From: Anolis carolinensis
Lineage: Eukaryota
Assembly (NCBI RefSeq): GCF_035594765.1
Contig: NC_085845.1
Span: 161,278,897 to 161,342,896, forward strand
Direction of reading: 5' to 3'
DNA: 64,000 nucleotides
In this document: positions 25,801 through 36,899 of the stretch, piece by piece
How the letters are laid out: every line of letters starts with the position of its first letter
How positions within the stretch are numbered: position 1 is the first letter of the stretch
Position numbers and translations under genes: made by a program
Notes under the pieces: model-generated
The model's database searches: none
Seen by the model: the letters and a program-made list of their open reading frames with translations, nothing else
Told to the model about the DNA's origin: nothing

Positions 25801-26921
25801 CTTTAAATACATATTGATCAAGAAAAAATATGTACAGACTCATGCACACATTACAAATATGTGCACACCAGAACATTTGTACCCTCAGTTCACTTCTGAC
25901 ACAATAAATAAATAACACCAGAAAACTGATTTATTTGAAAAAAATGCACACAAGACATGCTTTAGTTGGTGGTAACAAAGTATTAATATAATATATGTTG
26001 GAAAAATGTTAAATATATAACATTTCTATGTGATAAGAAAAAGTTTCAAAACTAGGAGGGGACAAGAACACTAGTGCAATTCTGAGATGCATCACATAAA
26101 TTAAAATGAAAATATGATTTCTACTTTCACATTTGCATTCCTACATTCACTTCCCTGTCGTAGGAGTGTTTCATGACATAAATGGGTTAAAAGAAAAAAT
26201 TTCAATCTATTAGAGCTCTATTCTCAAGTTTTTTGTATTGCCACATAAGTTGAACATATTCTTTAGCAACAATATCAATTGTTCTAAGTAATTACATAAA
26301 GCATCTGCTAGAATAGAACCTACAAGAGAGGGAAATGTAGTTAGAATTCTGAGTTGCTTCCTGTTTTCTTTAGGCTTGTCTACATTGACAAGAAATATCG
26401 TGCTCACCTTGTAGCCACTATTCCTTTGAAATGTGGTTCCTTTTTATGACTAAAGTCTTAAATTCAATGCAAAGAAACTTCAAGTTTCCTGGAAAATCTG
26501 GAATGTTGGCAATCCACTGGATATGCGGATTGTCCTCTTACATCAAAGTGAGCATCAGGGTGAAATATGTGACCAGATATGTTGAACTTACCACAAAGTG
26601 TTTGGTATTAACAAGGTCATTGCAGGGTGGGAAAACGGATTGCGAAAAAGACTTTTTTGTAAGTGTACACAAGCCACACACGTCCCAAATACAGCATGAC
26701 CAAACTAGATATAAGATTTCTAATGCACTTTGCCTGATTTTAAAAACAAATAGCCTGCACTAGGTGTCATGACATTGTAATTTTGTGAGACAGAAAACTT
26801 TATTTTCTCCCACCCACAGTCCAAACTAGTATTCTCCATGTACCCTAAAGATGATATCCATGTTGGGGGGGGGGGGGAGTTTTGTATTATTATTAAATTT
26901 CATTTAATACAATATAATTAT

Positions 26922-27150
26922 TGAATGAATGCATGAATGAATGAATGAGACTTTATTTCTATCCCGCCCTACCTCCCCAGTGGGGGTCTCAGGGCGGCTT
27001 ACAACATATAGAGAGGCAAACATTCAATGCTGTAGAAAAATACAAAATAACATAAACCAAATGATAAAACCCAATTTACATTCACACAAGCAACAAAGAC
27101 AATCAGACAATTAAACACAAACCAACAAATTCACATTATAACCATTTCAT
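26922..27150 (-). mobile_element. L2-type 3' tail fragment
   Basis: TTTCTATCCCGCCCT...CTCAGGGCGGCTTAC is antisense to the L2 tail at 44982-45055. Confidence 0.65.
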
Positions 27151-27336
27151 ATTTAACAGATTTTTAAAATTTAGGGTTTAAAATGGAATTAAAAGCATTT
27201 AAAAGCCAAATCCATATTCCTTCTTTCAGTTATGATGATTTTTCCTTCCTCTGTGTCTCCGTTCCACCATCCCCACCCCAATTCATAAAGACACAGATCC
27301 TATCATTGGGTGGGAGTGAAGGGACAGTCATTATAT

Positions 27337-27423
27337 CAGTAATTCCCAAATTCTAGTCCTCAGCTGCCTTGACTGGGAGCTGAAATACAAAACACCTAGA
27401 AGACCAGAGTTTGGGAAACACTG
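27337..27423. mobile_element. Short hAT MITE
   Basis: TIRs CAGTAATTCCCAAA / TTTGGGAAACACTG; degenerate 8-bp TSD CATTATAT/TACTATAT. Confidence 0.7.
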
Positions 27424-28772
27424 TACTATATGAACCTGTTGCATTCATGTCCTTCATATGGACTTCCTGTAGGCATCTGAGGGGCAGAATGGTGAAGTAG
27501 TAGGATCTTTGGTTTGACCCAGCATGGCTCTTATGTTCTTAAAGAGAACAGTGTGCTTAATTCAGCCTAGAAGAATTTAACATCATATGTTCTAGCTATG
27601 CACACCCAGCACAACTTTGGAAGGCTAGAATGTTCCTAAAGCATTCTTAAAACATCTCATATTGCCAGAGAATTACAAGAATGAGGAAAAGCTCACAAAC
27701 TCTGTCTCATGGATCAGGAAACAGAATCTCCCTGTGATCCCATGCAAAGCTTACTCATGTAGGATTGCAGTTGCTACTACAGAAGCACAGTGAGGTCTGT
27801 TGTCTACACAGATCCAGGCTCACTTATAATCAAGGACAGCAAATAATTAACATCAACTATATTATAGGAAAATTGCTAATAAATTCCAACATAGAGGGAC
27901 TAAAAGAAGCAATTGATTTAAACTGGAATGTCAGCATACATGCTGCTACAGAATGTAGTTATTACATTATTAATTAAATGAACCACAGTACTAAATAGGC
28001 AACATACATTACATTCCCTGATATTCCTTTTCTGCAAATCACTTCTAACTTTTTTAGTCCTATATTAAACACATGGTGAGGTTTTCTGTGAGTTCAGATG
28101 GTCATTTAATGTTCTGTTCAAGACATCACAAAGTTCAGTTTCATTATCTGTCCAAAGAAACTTGACATATCTCTGTAAAACTTCAGTTTTGGCTTCCTTT
28201 AACAGTGGTTTAGACAGAGAGCTGCTGATCCCATTGTGGTAGATCAGACAGAGAAAATGAGTGAGCATATCTCTTCTTTGCCGTATAATACTTCCGAAGA
28301 AACTCAATATCCAGCCCTAAGACGTCTCTGTTATAAAAACCAATTTATAATTTTCCCATTGTCAGCTAATGAAGAAAATGAAGAAGAAATACAGTACTAA
28401 ATCCACAAAATGGCTGTCATCCACGTACAGCCTCATCACACGTGGTCTGGGCTCCATCACAGGACATTTTCTACACACAGCCAGCTGGAGCACATCCCAT
28501 AATGCAGGGCCACTTCTGGTGGGACTGTGTTCTTCCTCTGTGTTGAAAGTAACCAATGACGGAGCCCTGAAAACACAGGAGGCTTCCCATGTTCTCATGA
28601 GGTAGAATGTGGAAAGTGTGGGGGAAAGCCAGGCAACAGCGCTTCTCCTGTGGGAAGGGGCCGATGCGGGGCATGGAATGACAGGTTCGCATACCGCCTG
28701 CTATATTTACCTCACTGCTCACCAAATTCCCCCACTTTTCCCCAGTTTCAGGATCTCAATGTGTTGAGGACC

Positions 28773-29231
28773 TTATTTATTTATTTATTTACAGTATTTA
28801 TATTCAGTCCTTCTCACCCCAAAGGTGACTCACAGATTACAATGAACATATATATGGTACACATTCAATGTCATGAGAAAAACAACATACAGTATAGACA
28901 CACACAGAGGCATTTAACATTCCAGCTTCACAATTTCAGCCACAGGGGGAGCTGTTGCTTTACCGTCCATTAGTGACTGTACTTCCTCATTCCTTTCCGG
29001 CATGTTGCTGGCAGTTTTATGGTGTTGTAAATTAGTTAAATTAGCCTCCCGCATAAAGCGTACCTACATTTCCTACTTGACAGATGCAACTGTCTTTTGG
29101 GCTGCGTAGGTAATACAACAAGCCAGGCTATTTAATGGGTGGGGGCTTAACCCGACCCGGGCTCCAAACTCATGACCTCTCGGTCAGTAGTGATTTATTG
29201 CAGCTGGTTACTAGCCAGCTGCGCCACAGCT
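28773..29231 (-). mobile_element. tRNA-headed SINE with L2-type tail
   Basis: A-box TGGCGCAGCTGG on minus strand, (TAAA)n tail; same family as 60601-61053. Confidence 0.88.
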
Positions 29232-29776
29232 GCATGCAGACATCGCACTGCATGTTGTTTACAATATATATATTCTGCTGACAGCAATGAATGTAGAAAG
29301 CAACACTGTTTGCACTGGACATTCCAGTTTCACATTGCACATTTGGAATGGCAATCAGTCCTAGGTATGTGATGTGTAATATTGGTATTCTGAATGGAAG
29401 TGTAATAGTACTGGTATAACATATTTTACACTTGGATAATTTACACTCCATTTGGTTATTTACAGGAGATCTTGGATTGCAGCCAGTATCTTCTGCCCTA
29501 TTTTCCTCACTCCATCCCAGCCACTTGTCAAGGAAAATATTAAATGTATCTTCATGGATAAATCTTGAGGTAATAGTCATTATGTAGCATTACCCACCTT
29601 AGGAAAACCTTAAATGGGATTCCAAGCTATTTATCAAGTTCTTCCTTCAAGCTGGACACTTGCTATTGATTTTTTTTAAAGGTGATTTCGCTCAAAAGAC
29701 ACTGAACTCTCAATGGACAAAAGGCCATATGCTATAATGTGAAATTACATATCATTGCTTTGAACAATAAGACTGA

Positions 29777-29969
29777 GGATGCATTACACTGTAGAATTAA
29801 TGTAGTTTTGATACTTTAATTGCTCCAATATGGAATCATGAAAGCTACAGTTTACAAGATCCTCTTCTCTACTTTCTCTGCCAAAGAGTGCTTTGTGCCT
29901 CACCAAACTACAGCTCCCATGATTCTATAGCATTTAGTCATGGTGTCTAACTGAACTAATTCTGCACCC
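29777..29969. mobile_element. PIF/Harbinger-like MITE, same family as 9982
   Basis: GGATGCATTACACTGTAGAATTAATG...TGCACCC. Confidence 0.7.
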
Positions 29970-32110
29970 TAGGATAAGTTCTCTATGAGTTTCATACAAA
30001 GCACTTCCATGGAAAATGTAAACTTCTGCAACACAAACATTCTGATGAACAAAAAAAACCCCTCATATTTTTCTTCAGCATGGTTTCCTGAAGCAACATA
30101 GCTGGAGTTTTCTTGAGGCTGACAATTTTTTAATGCAATCTAAACCTATTGCTTGAAGCAATAAAAGCTTTAAAACAATTCAAAAGCTTTGATGCCTTTA
30201 TTACTAATGCATATTTTACGGGACAAATCTACCATGAACAAATTCCAGAATAGAATCGGAACTCTGTGCTCACACTTTACCTAGCTCACAAGCTTATGAA
30301 TGGTGTAATAATAAGAGGGAAACATCAGTCATTTTTGATGGCTCTGCTTGCAGTATAGAACAAATAATAGGATGATTCTGTACGCAGAACTGCAAAACAC
30401 TAAACAGCCATCCCATCTTCTTTTGGGGGGGGGGGGGGAGGCTTAACAAATTTTCTGTAGAAACAAAAAAGATGTCAGTAGCAGTACAAAAACACAAGAC
30501 TGGAATGACTGAATTTTTAAAGTCTCAAGTTCTTTTTAGCCCATTACCTCGTTCATCTTTTCCCCCCTTCTGCTCACAGAAAAATAAACTGCATCAAATA
30601 CAAGGCTAAAGTAATTCCCCTCCACAGCAATTTTAAATGCAAGTCGGGAAAACTGGAGGATTCTAAATCTTCCCCTCTGATGCTTTCAAAGTCCCAACAG
30701 AACACCAATAGAGGTGATAGGTCATCCCTCCACTGCATTTAATTGACTACCAAGAGTAGATTTCCCTTGCTGCTTACTGGTCTCCATCCTTGAAGAATTA
30801 TATCAACAAAATCTTGTGAACCTTTGGATGCTCTACCAGGAATTAAATGATTGTGGCCTAAATAAATGACTGTATCAGACATATGGATTTGGAACATCGC
30901 AGTAAGTTGATACTGGGATTCTCAAGTATGAAATGAAACTTCCATAAGTTTTATTAAAATAGCCTCAGGGAACACCTGCACAAATTGCTTCAGTGTAGCA
31001 GCCATAAAGTATGAATGCCATCATAGTAGTTTCAGGTTCCCTTGTTCCATGCTTGGACAGGAAAAAAAAATCTGACATCTACAGCCAGCCTACAGCTGTT
31101 AACTGACACATCAACTAAGTGCAGGTCTGCTGTGTAACAGACTATCCATCAAACCATATTAGACTGTACATCAGACCATGTTATAGTATGCCCTTTCTTG
31201 TCTATGTCAGGACACACTTGTACATGTTTTTAACAAAAGGGGAATCATAAAATACATTCATTCGCAGAAAAGAGAAACAAATCCTCACGAGAACTACTAA
31301 TACAAAACAATATTTTAAAAATTTTAGAAATATTTCTATGTTCATCCTACCAACTGCCACAGGATTAATGGATAGATTTGATTCATTGCCTGGTTTGACT
31401 GACATCCCAACTCTGTTTCCATCTATGGGAGAAATTTCAGGCAAGAAGTAACTAACAAGGTACCAAGCAGAGCCTCATTAATGAAATACGTTCTGTCACC
31501 AACGTCAGCTACTGCCTATTATAATCTTTGAGATGTCTGATCATTTTGACTGTCTTTAATTTAATAACATGCTGTTTGTCAGTTTGATGGGACCCTCAAT
31601 TACCAAACAGGTCCACTCAATTCCACTGGATTAAAAAATGATGATTTCTTAATTAGAAAGTAACTTTGTCATTTATTAATGTCAAAGAAATTTAAAAGGC
31701 TTGGCACTATCTGGCTCCAAGGGCTCAAATTAACCAGCAAATAGATAATTAAAGTGAAACATCCCTTCCCCCCATCGCTCCTTCAAGCTGTCTTAGATTA
31801 TAAAACAATTTTTTTTCCTTGTCAACTGATGTCAAAGTGCTCAGAATACAGTTTGTAAATTAAAATAAAATGTATCATACTTGTGAACTTAGCTTCTCTG
31901 GCTCATCAATAGCATTGTCTTTGAAGGAGACTCAGACCAGGATCCAGTAGGGTACTTCCATGGCAGAACTGCTTCAATCAATAAAAACAAGATAATGACT
32001 GGGGAGCCTTAAAATCATACATACTTCCCTAGACTTCCATTTTTAGGTCCCTGAATATTTTATTTTATTTCTGTCTCATTCACCTCTTGGTATGGGGCCC
32101 ATTGGTTACA

Positions 32111-32997
32111 TTCATCTACAAACACTTAGAAATGAATGCAGTCATCGCTAATAGTCAAAACAGATTTATTAAAAACCAGTCATGCCAGACTAATCTGATC
32201 TGTTTTTTTCGATTGAGTTACAAGCTGGGTAGATGCAGGGAATGCCATGGATACAGGGTATCTGAATTTTGGGAAGACCTTTGACAAGGCTCCCCATGAC
32301 CTTCTGGCAAACAAACTAGTCAACTGTGGGCTAGGCAAAACTATGGTTAGGCGAATGAACCCAAAAGGTGCTCACCAATACTTCCTCTTCATCCTGGAAA
32401 GAAGTGGAGTGCCACAAGGTTCCGTCCTGGGCCTGGTTCTGTTTAACATCTTTATTCATGACTTAGATGAAGGGTTAGAAGGCACGATCATCAAGTTTGC
32501 AGGTGACACCAAACTGGGAGGGATAGCTAATACTCCAGAAGACAGGATCAGAATTCGAAATGATCTTAACAGATTAGAGAGATGGTCTGAAACTAACGAA
32601 ATGAAGTTCAAAAGAGACAAATGTTTAGCCTGCAGAAGAGAAGGTTGAGAAGAGGAGACATGATAGCCATGCATAAATATGTGAGGGGAAGTCATAGGGA
32701 GGAGGGAGCAAGCTTATTTTCTGCTGCTGGAAACTAGAACACCAAACAATGGCTTCAAACTACAGGAAAGGAGATTCCACCTGAACATTAAGAAGAACTT
32801 CCTCACTGTGAGAGCTGTTCGGCAGTGGAACTCTCTGCCCCAGAGTGTGGTGGAGGCTCCTTCTTTGAAGGCTTTTAAGCAGAGGCTGGAAGGCCATCTG
32901 TCGGGGGTGATTCGAATGCAATTTTTCTGCTTTTTGGCAGGGGGTTGGACTGGATGGCCCATGAGATCTCTTCCAACTCTATGATTCTGTGAGTCTG
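32111..32997 (+). mobile_element. CR1 LINE 3' part with internal deletions
   Basis: SGVPQGSVLGLVLFNIFIHDLDEG..IIKFAGDTKLGG; CR1 3' UTR and ATTCT(A/G)TG tail. Confidence 0.93.
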
Positions 32998-33068
32998 AAT
33001 AGAAACAATGTATAGATAAAGCCTATCTGATACATTTAAAAATCGTTAAGAAAACACTATTAAAACAC

Positions 33069-33368
33069 TGTACTGTTCCATTATGTGGGGGGAGGCCACA
33101 AAGGAATGCTAAACAGAGAAGGATAGTCCTTTTTAGGGGTGAGGGGGTTGAAGGAGCTAAACCATTTCTCACGTTATCCTATTATTCCCCCCCATGTCAC
33201 TGTTGTTAAAATAACCATCATTTATGATATGAGAAAGGTGGTGGTGGGGGAATAACCAGCAAAAATGGGGAAAATGGTTTTCCTCCTTCAGCTCTCCCCA
33301 CATAAAAAGGACTATCATTCTCTGTCTAGGCCCCCTTTTGGAGTCTGCCTAAATAATGGAACAGTACA
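33069..33368. mobile_element. 300-bp fold-back MITE
   Basis: Perfect 16-bp TIR TGTACTGTTCCATTAT, about 110-bp imperfect arms, flanking 8-bp direct repeat TAAAACAC. Confidence 0.8.
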
Positions 33369-34046
33369 TAAAACACTATGTCAAAATTGTTTAAGAACAC
33401 ATTAGAACATAGTAAAAAGAATAAACATTAAAAAATCTATTAAAAGACCCTTCTGCCAAGTAAGTTAGCTACCAAAGATTTGCCTAAAAAAAGGGTCTCT
33501 GCCTGCCAGCAGAAGATAGTAGTTGTGGGAATCACAAGTCTCCTGTGAAATGGAAATCTGCAATCTCTGACTGAGCAGTCTCTCTAGTTAAATCTTTCAA
33601 GCAAAAAAAAAAGTTTTTCAAGTTGAAGACAAGATCCAAGCAACGATGAAAATGTTGGGAAAGTGGCATCATCACCTATCATACCAAAACTAGATTTCCA
33701 AACCTTACAACTTTTCTTGGTTCCATCGACAAAGAGTTGTCTGAGGAAGACAGCACTTATCGCACATTTTTAAAATGTGCAGGATAATTTCCAATAATAC
33801 TTTTCTTTTACTTATGAAAGCAAAAACTGATATAGAGAACCATTTTCAATTGATGTTTATGAATCAGTGGGTTCATAGCAGCTGAGGAAGACAAGCTTGT
33901 AGAAAAATCCACAGATCATACTCTGAAACTACAGTTCAAGTAACAGTCCCTTCCAAATTTCTAGGCTCTCTTTTGGGCTATGAAATTGGTTATGGCTTTC
34001 ATAATAACATACTTCTTTGAAAATCATTCTCTGATTTCACTTGTTT

Positions 34047-34843
34047 CAGTGTTTCTCAACCTGGCAGTTGGGACCCCTGGGGGGTCGCATGGGGGATTCA
34101 GAGGGGCCACTAAAGGCCAGTATTTTCTGTTGGTCATGGGGATTCTGTGTGGGAAGTTTGGCCCAATTCAATCATTAGTGGGGTTCAAGAGGCTCTTTGA
34201 TTGTAGGTGAACTATAAATCCCAGCTACTACAATTCCCAAATGTCAAGGTCTATTTTCCCCAAACTCCACCAGAATTTAAATTTGGGCATATTGAGTATT
34301 TGTGACATGTTTGGTCCAGATCCTTATTTATTTATTTATTTATTTATTTATATTTCCAACATTTCTATCCCACCCTTCTCACCCGAAGGGACTCAGGGCA
34401 GCTTACAACAATGGCAGTAATTCATTGAGTCCACAGTCCTCTCTGGATGTAGGTGAACTAAAACTCCAAATCTCAAGGTAAATGCCCATTAAACCCAGTA
34501 TTTCCTGCTGGTCATGGGAGTTCTGTGTGCCAAGTTTCATCCAATTTCATCGTTCCAAATGCTTTTTATTGTAGGTTAAGTATAAATCCCAGCAACTCCC
34601 AAATGACAAAATAATTCCGCCCCCCAACCTCACCAGTATTCTAATCTGGGAGTATCTGGTATTTGTGCCAAATTTGGTCCAGTGAATGAAAATACATCCT
34701 GCATATCAGATATTTACATTATGATTCATAACAGTAGCAAAATGAGTTATGAAGTAGCAATGAAAATAATTTTATGGTGGGGGTCATCACAACATAAGGA
34801 ACTGCATTAAGGGGTAACAGCATTAGAAAGGTTGAGAACCACT
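34047..34843. mobile_element. Non-autonomous hAT (Charlie-like) element containing an L2-tail insert (about 34323-34420, minus strand)
   Basis: TIRs CAGTGTTTCTCAACCT / AGGTTGAGAACCACT; internal subrepeats. Confidence 0.85.
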
Positions 34844-35042
34844 TATTTATTTTAAAAATAAGTGTCAAAACTGTTTGATATTAGAACTCAGAATGAAGGT
34901 TTCATCAATTAAGCCTGATATAACAAGCCTTATAAGTGAAATGTACCACTAGCATTCTAACTAATTAATATTAACACATAGTTTGGTAGTGGTGTGTTGT
35001 CTGTGCGCATTCAGAAAAAGACCTACAAGCCACTCTAAATAC

Positions 35043-36899
35043 AAGGCATGTGCGATCCAGAAAAAAAAATGGTTCTAAACTCTGTTCGAAAGTAGGGGGC
35101 GCTGGCACTTTGCTTCTCAAGTCATTTCTGAATTTTGAAGGCAAAAAGTTCAAAACTTTCCAAAGCTTCCGAATCTTTGTATGTACCTCATTAATGATGG
35201 ATGAACATGCACATGAAGGAAAAACATTATTGTCAATGGGGAAACTTGAGGGGCTTCTCTCTCTCTTATTTTTTGAAATATCCTAATGAAATTTGCTGCA
35301 GTGGTAGAACACATTTACCAATTCTTAGTTCACCAGTTCTAAGGATGTTAGACTTAGTTTTTATAAAATACATTTTTTAATAATAACAAAAATCTGTTCC
35401 TGGTTTGAAAGTGTCATTTCCTGTTTCATTGGGTTGTCTTTACTTTGAAAGTCATTGTTCTACTTCAGAAACTTTGTTTTTGTGGCTGAAACTTTGTTAA
35501 ATTTGTGAAGAGAGACTCAACAAACCATAATGTGCTATTTTTATAGGATGATGTCCCTTGTGCAAAGACAAAGTTCTGGCAGTGTAATAAAGTTTTGCCA
35601 TGTTTTTATGACAGAACCAATTAGGAAATGACATTTATCAACCAGGAACAGAAATCATAGCACACCATCAAATCACTTCTGACAGATGGCCATCAGCCTC
35701 TGAATAAGGAAATCTGTTCCTGGTTTGAAAGTGTTATTTCCCGTTTCATTGGGTTTTCTGTGGCTGAGATTGTGTGAGTTGCTCAAGATCAACCAATGGG
35801 TTTCCATGGCTGAGTGGGGAATCAAGCCACAATCGTAGTCCAACTCTCAAACCACTACACTACACCATGCTGTCTCAAAACAGCCCGCTGCTAGCCAGGA
35901 GGGAAAACTTTCTTCCATTCCTGCCTTGGGCTTGGTTTCTATGGGGCTGTTAAGCCCAGTGCTAGCCAGGAGGAAAATCTCTCTTCCATTCCTGCCAAGC
36001 ATCGGGCTTGGTTTCTATGAGGCTGTTAAGCCCGGTGCTAGCCAGGAGGAAAATCTCTCTTCCATTCCTGCCAAGCATCGGGCTTGGTTTCTATGAGGCT
36101 GTTAAGCCCGGTGCTAGTAAGGAGGGAAAACTCCCTTCCTTGCCTGCCAAGCATCGGGCTTGGTTTCTATGGGGCTGTTAAGCCCAGTGCTAGCCAGGAG
36201 GGAAATCTCTCTTCCATTCCTGCCAAGCATCGGGCTTGGTTTCTATGGGGCTGTTAAGCCTGGTACTAGCGAGGAGGAAATTCTCTCTTCCATTCCTGCC
36301 AAGCATCGAGCTTGGTTTCTATGGGGCTGTTAAGCCCAGTGCTAGCCAGGAGGGAAAACTCTCTTCTCTGCCTGCCAAGCATCAGGCTTGGTTTCTATGG
36401 GGCTGTTAAGCCCGGTGCTAGCCAGGAGGAAAATCTCTCTTCCATTCCTGCCAAGCATCGGGCTTGGTTTCTATGAGGCTGTTAAGCCCGGTGCTAGTAA
36501 GGAGGGAAAACTCCCTTCCTTGCCTGCCAAGCATCGGGCTTGGTTTCTATGGGGCTGTTAAGCCCAGTGCTAGCCAGGAGGGAAATCTCTCTTCCATTCC
36601 TGCCAAGCATCGAGCTTGGTTTCTATGGGGCTGTTAAGCCCAGTGCTAGCCAGGAGGGAAAACTCTCTTCCCTCCCTGCCAAGCATCCAGCTTGGAAGTT
36701 GCTGCCTTGGGGGATAACCGGAACTCTGCTGTATTATAATAATTAGACATCCGAGACTTAAGAATCGAAGGCTCCTTTTGATTCAAATTCTTAATACTGG
36801 GAAGGCAGCGAGCAGGTGGGTCAGAACTCGCTTCAAAAGTGCTTTAGATCCAAATTAGATACAAATTTAATGAACATACAAACAAATCACACAAGCTTA
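35043..36899. mobile_element. Composite hAT-like non-autonomous element
   Basis: 8-bp TSD CTAAATAC/CTAAACAC (35035-35042, 36900-36907); degenerate TIRs AGGCATGTGCGAT / ATCACACAAGCTT. Confidence 0.8.
35882..36695. repeat. 76-bp minisatellite, about 10.7 copies
   Basis: GCCAAGCATC recurs at 35994, 36070, 36146, 36222, 36298, 36374, 36450, 36526, 36602, 36678. Confidence 0.97.

Noticed and set aside
28362-28440. Minus-strand C/D snoRNA (GTGATGA...CTGA)
   Set aside because: No convincing terminal stem, and the guide region is low-complexity pyrimidine
28362-28725. Overlapping 78-84 aa ORFs as a host exon
   Set aside because: No recognisable peptide and no good flanking splice sites
35882-36695. 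CRISPR array or hammerhead/retrozyme array
   Set aside because: Spacers are near-identical rather than unique, there are no cas genes, the context is vertebrate, and no CUGANGA core is present on either strand
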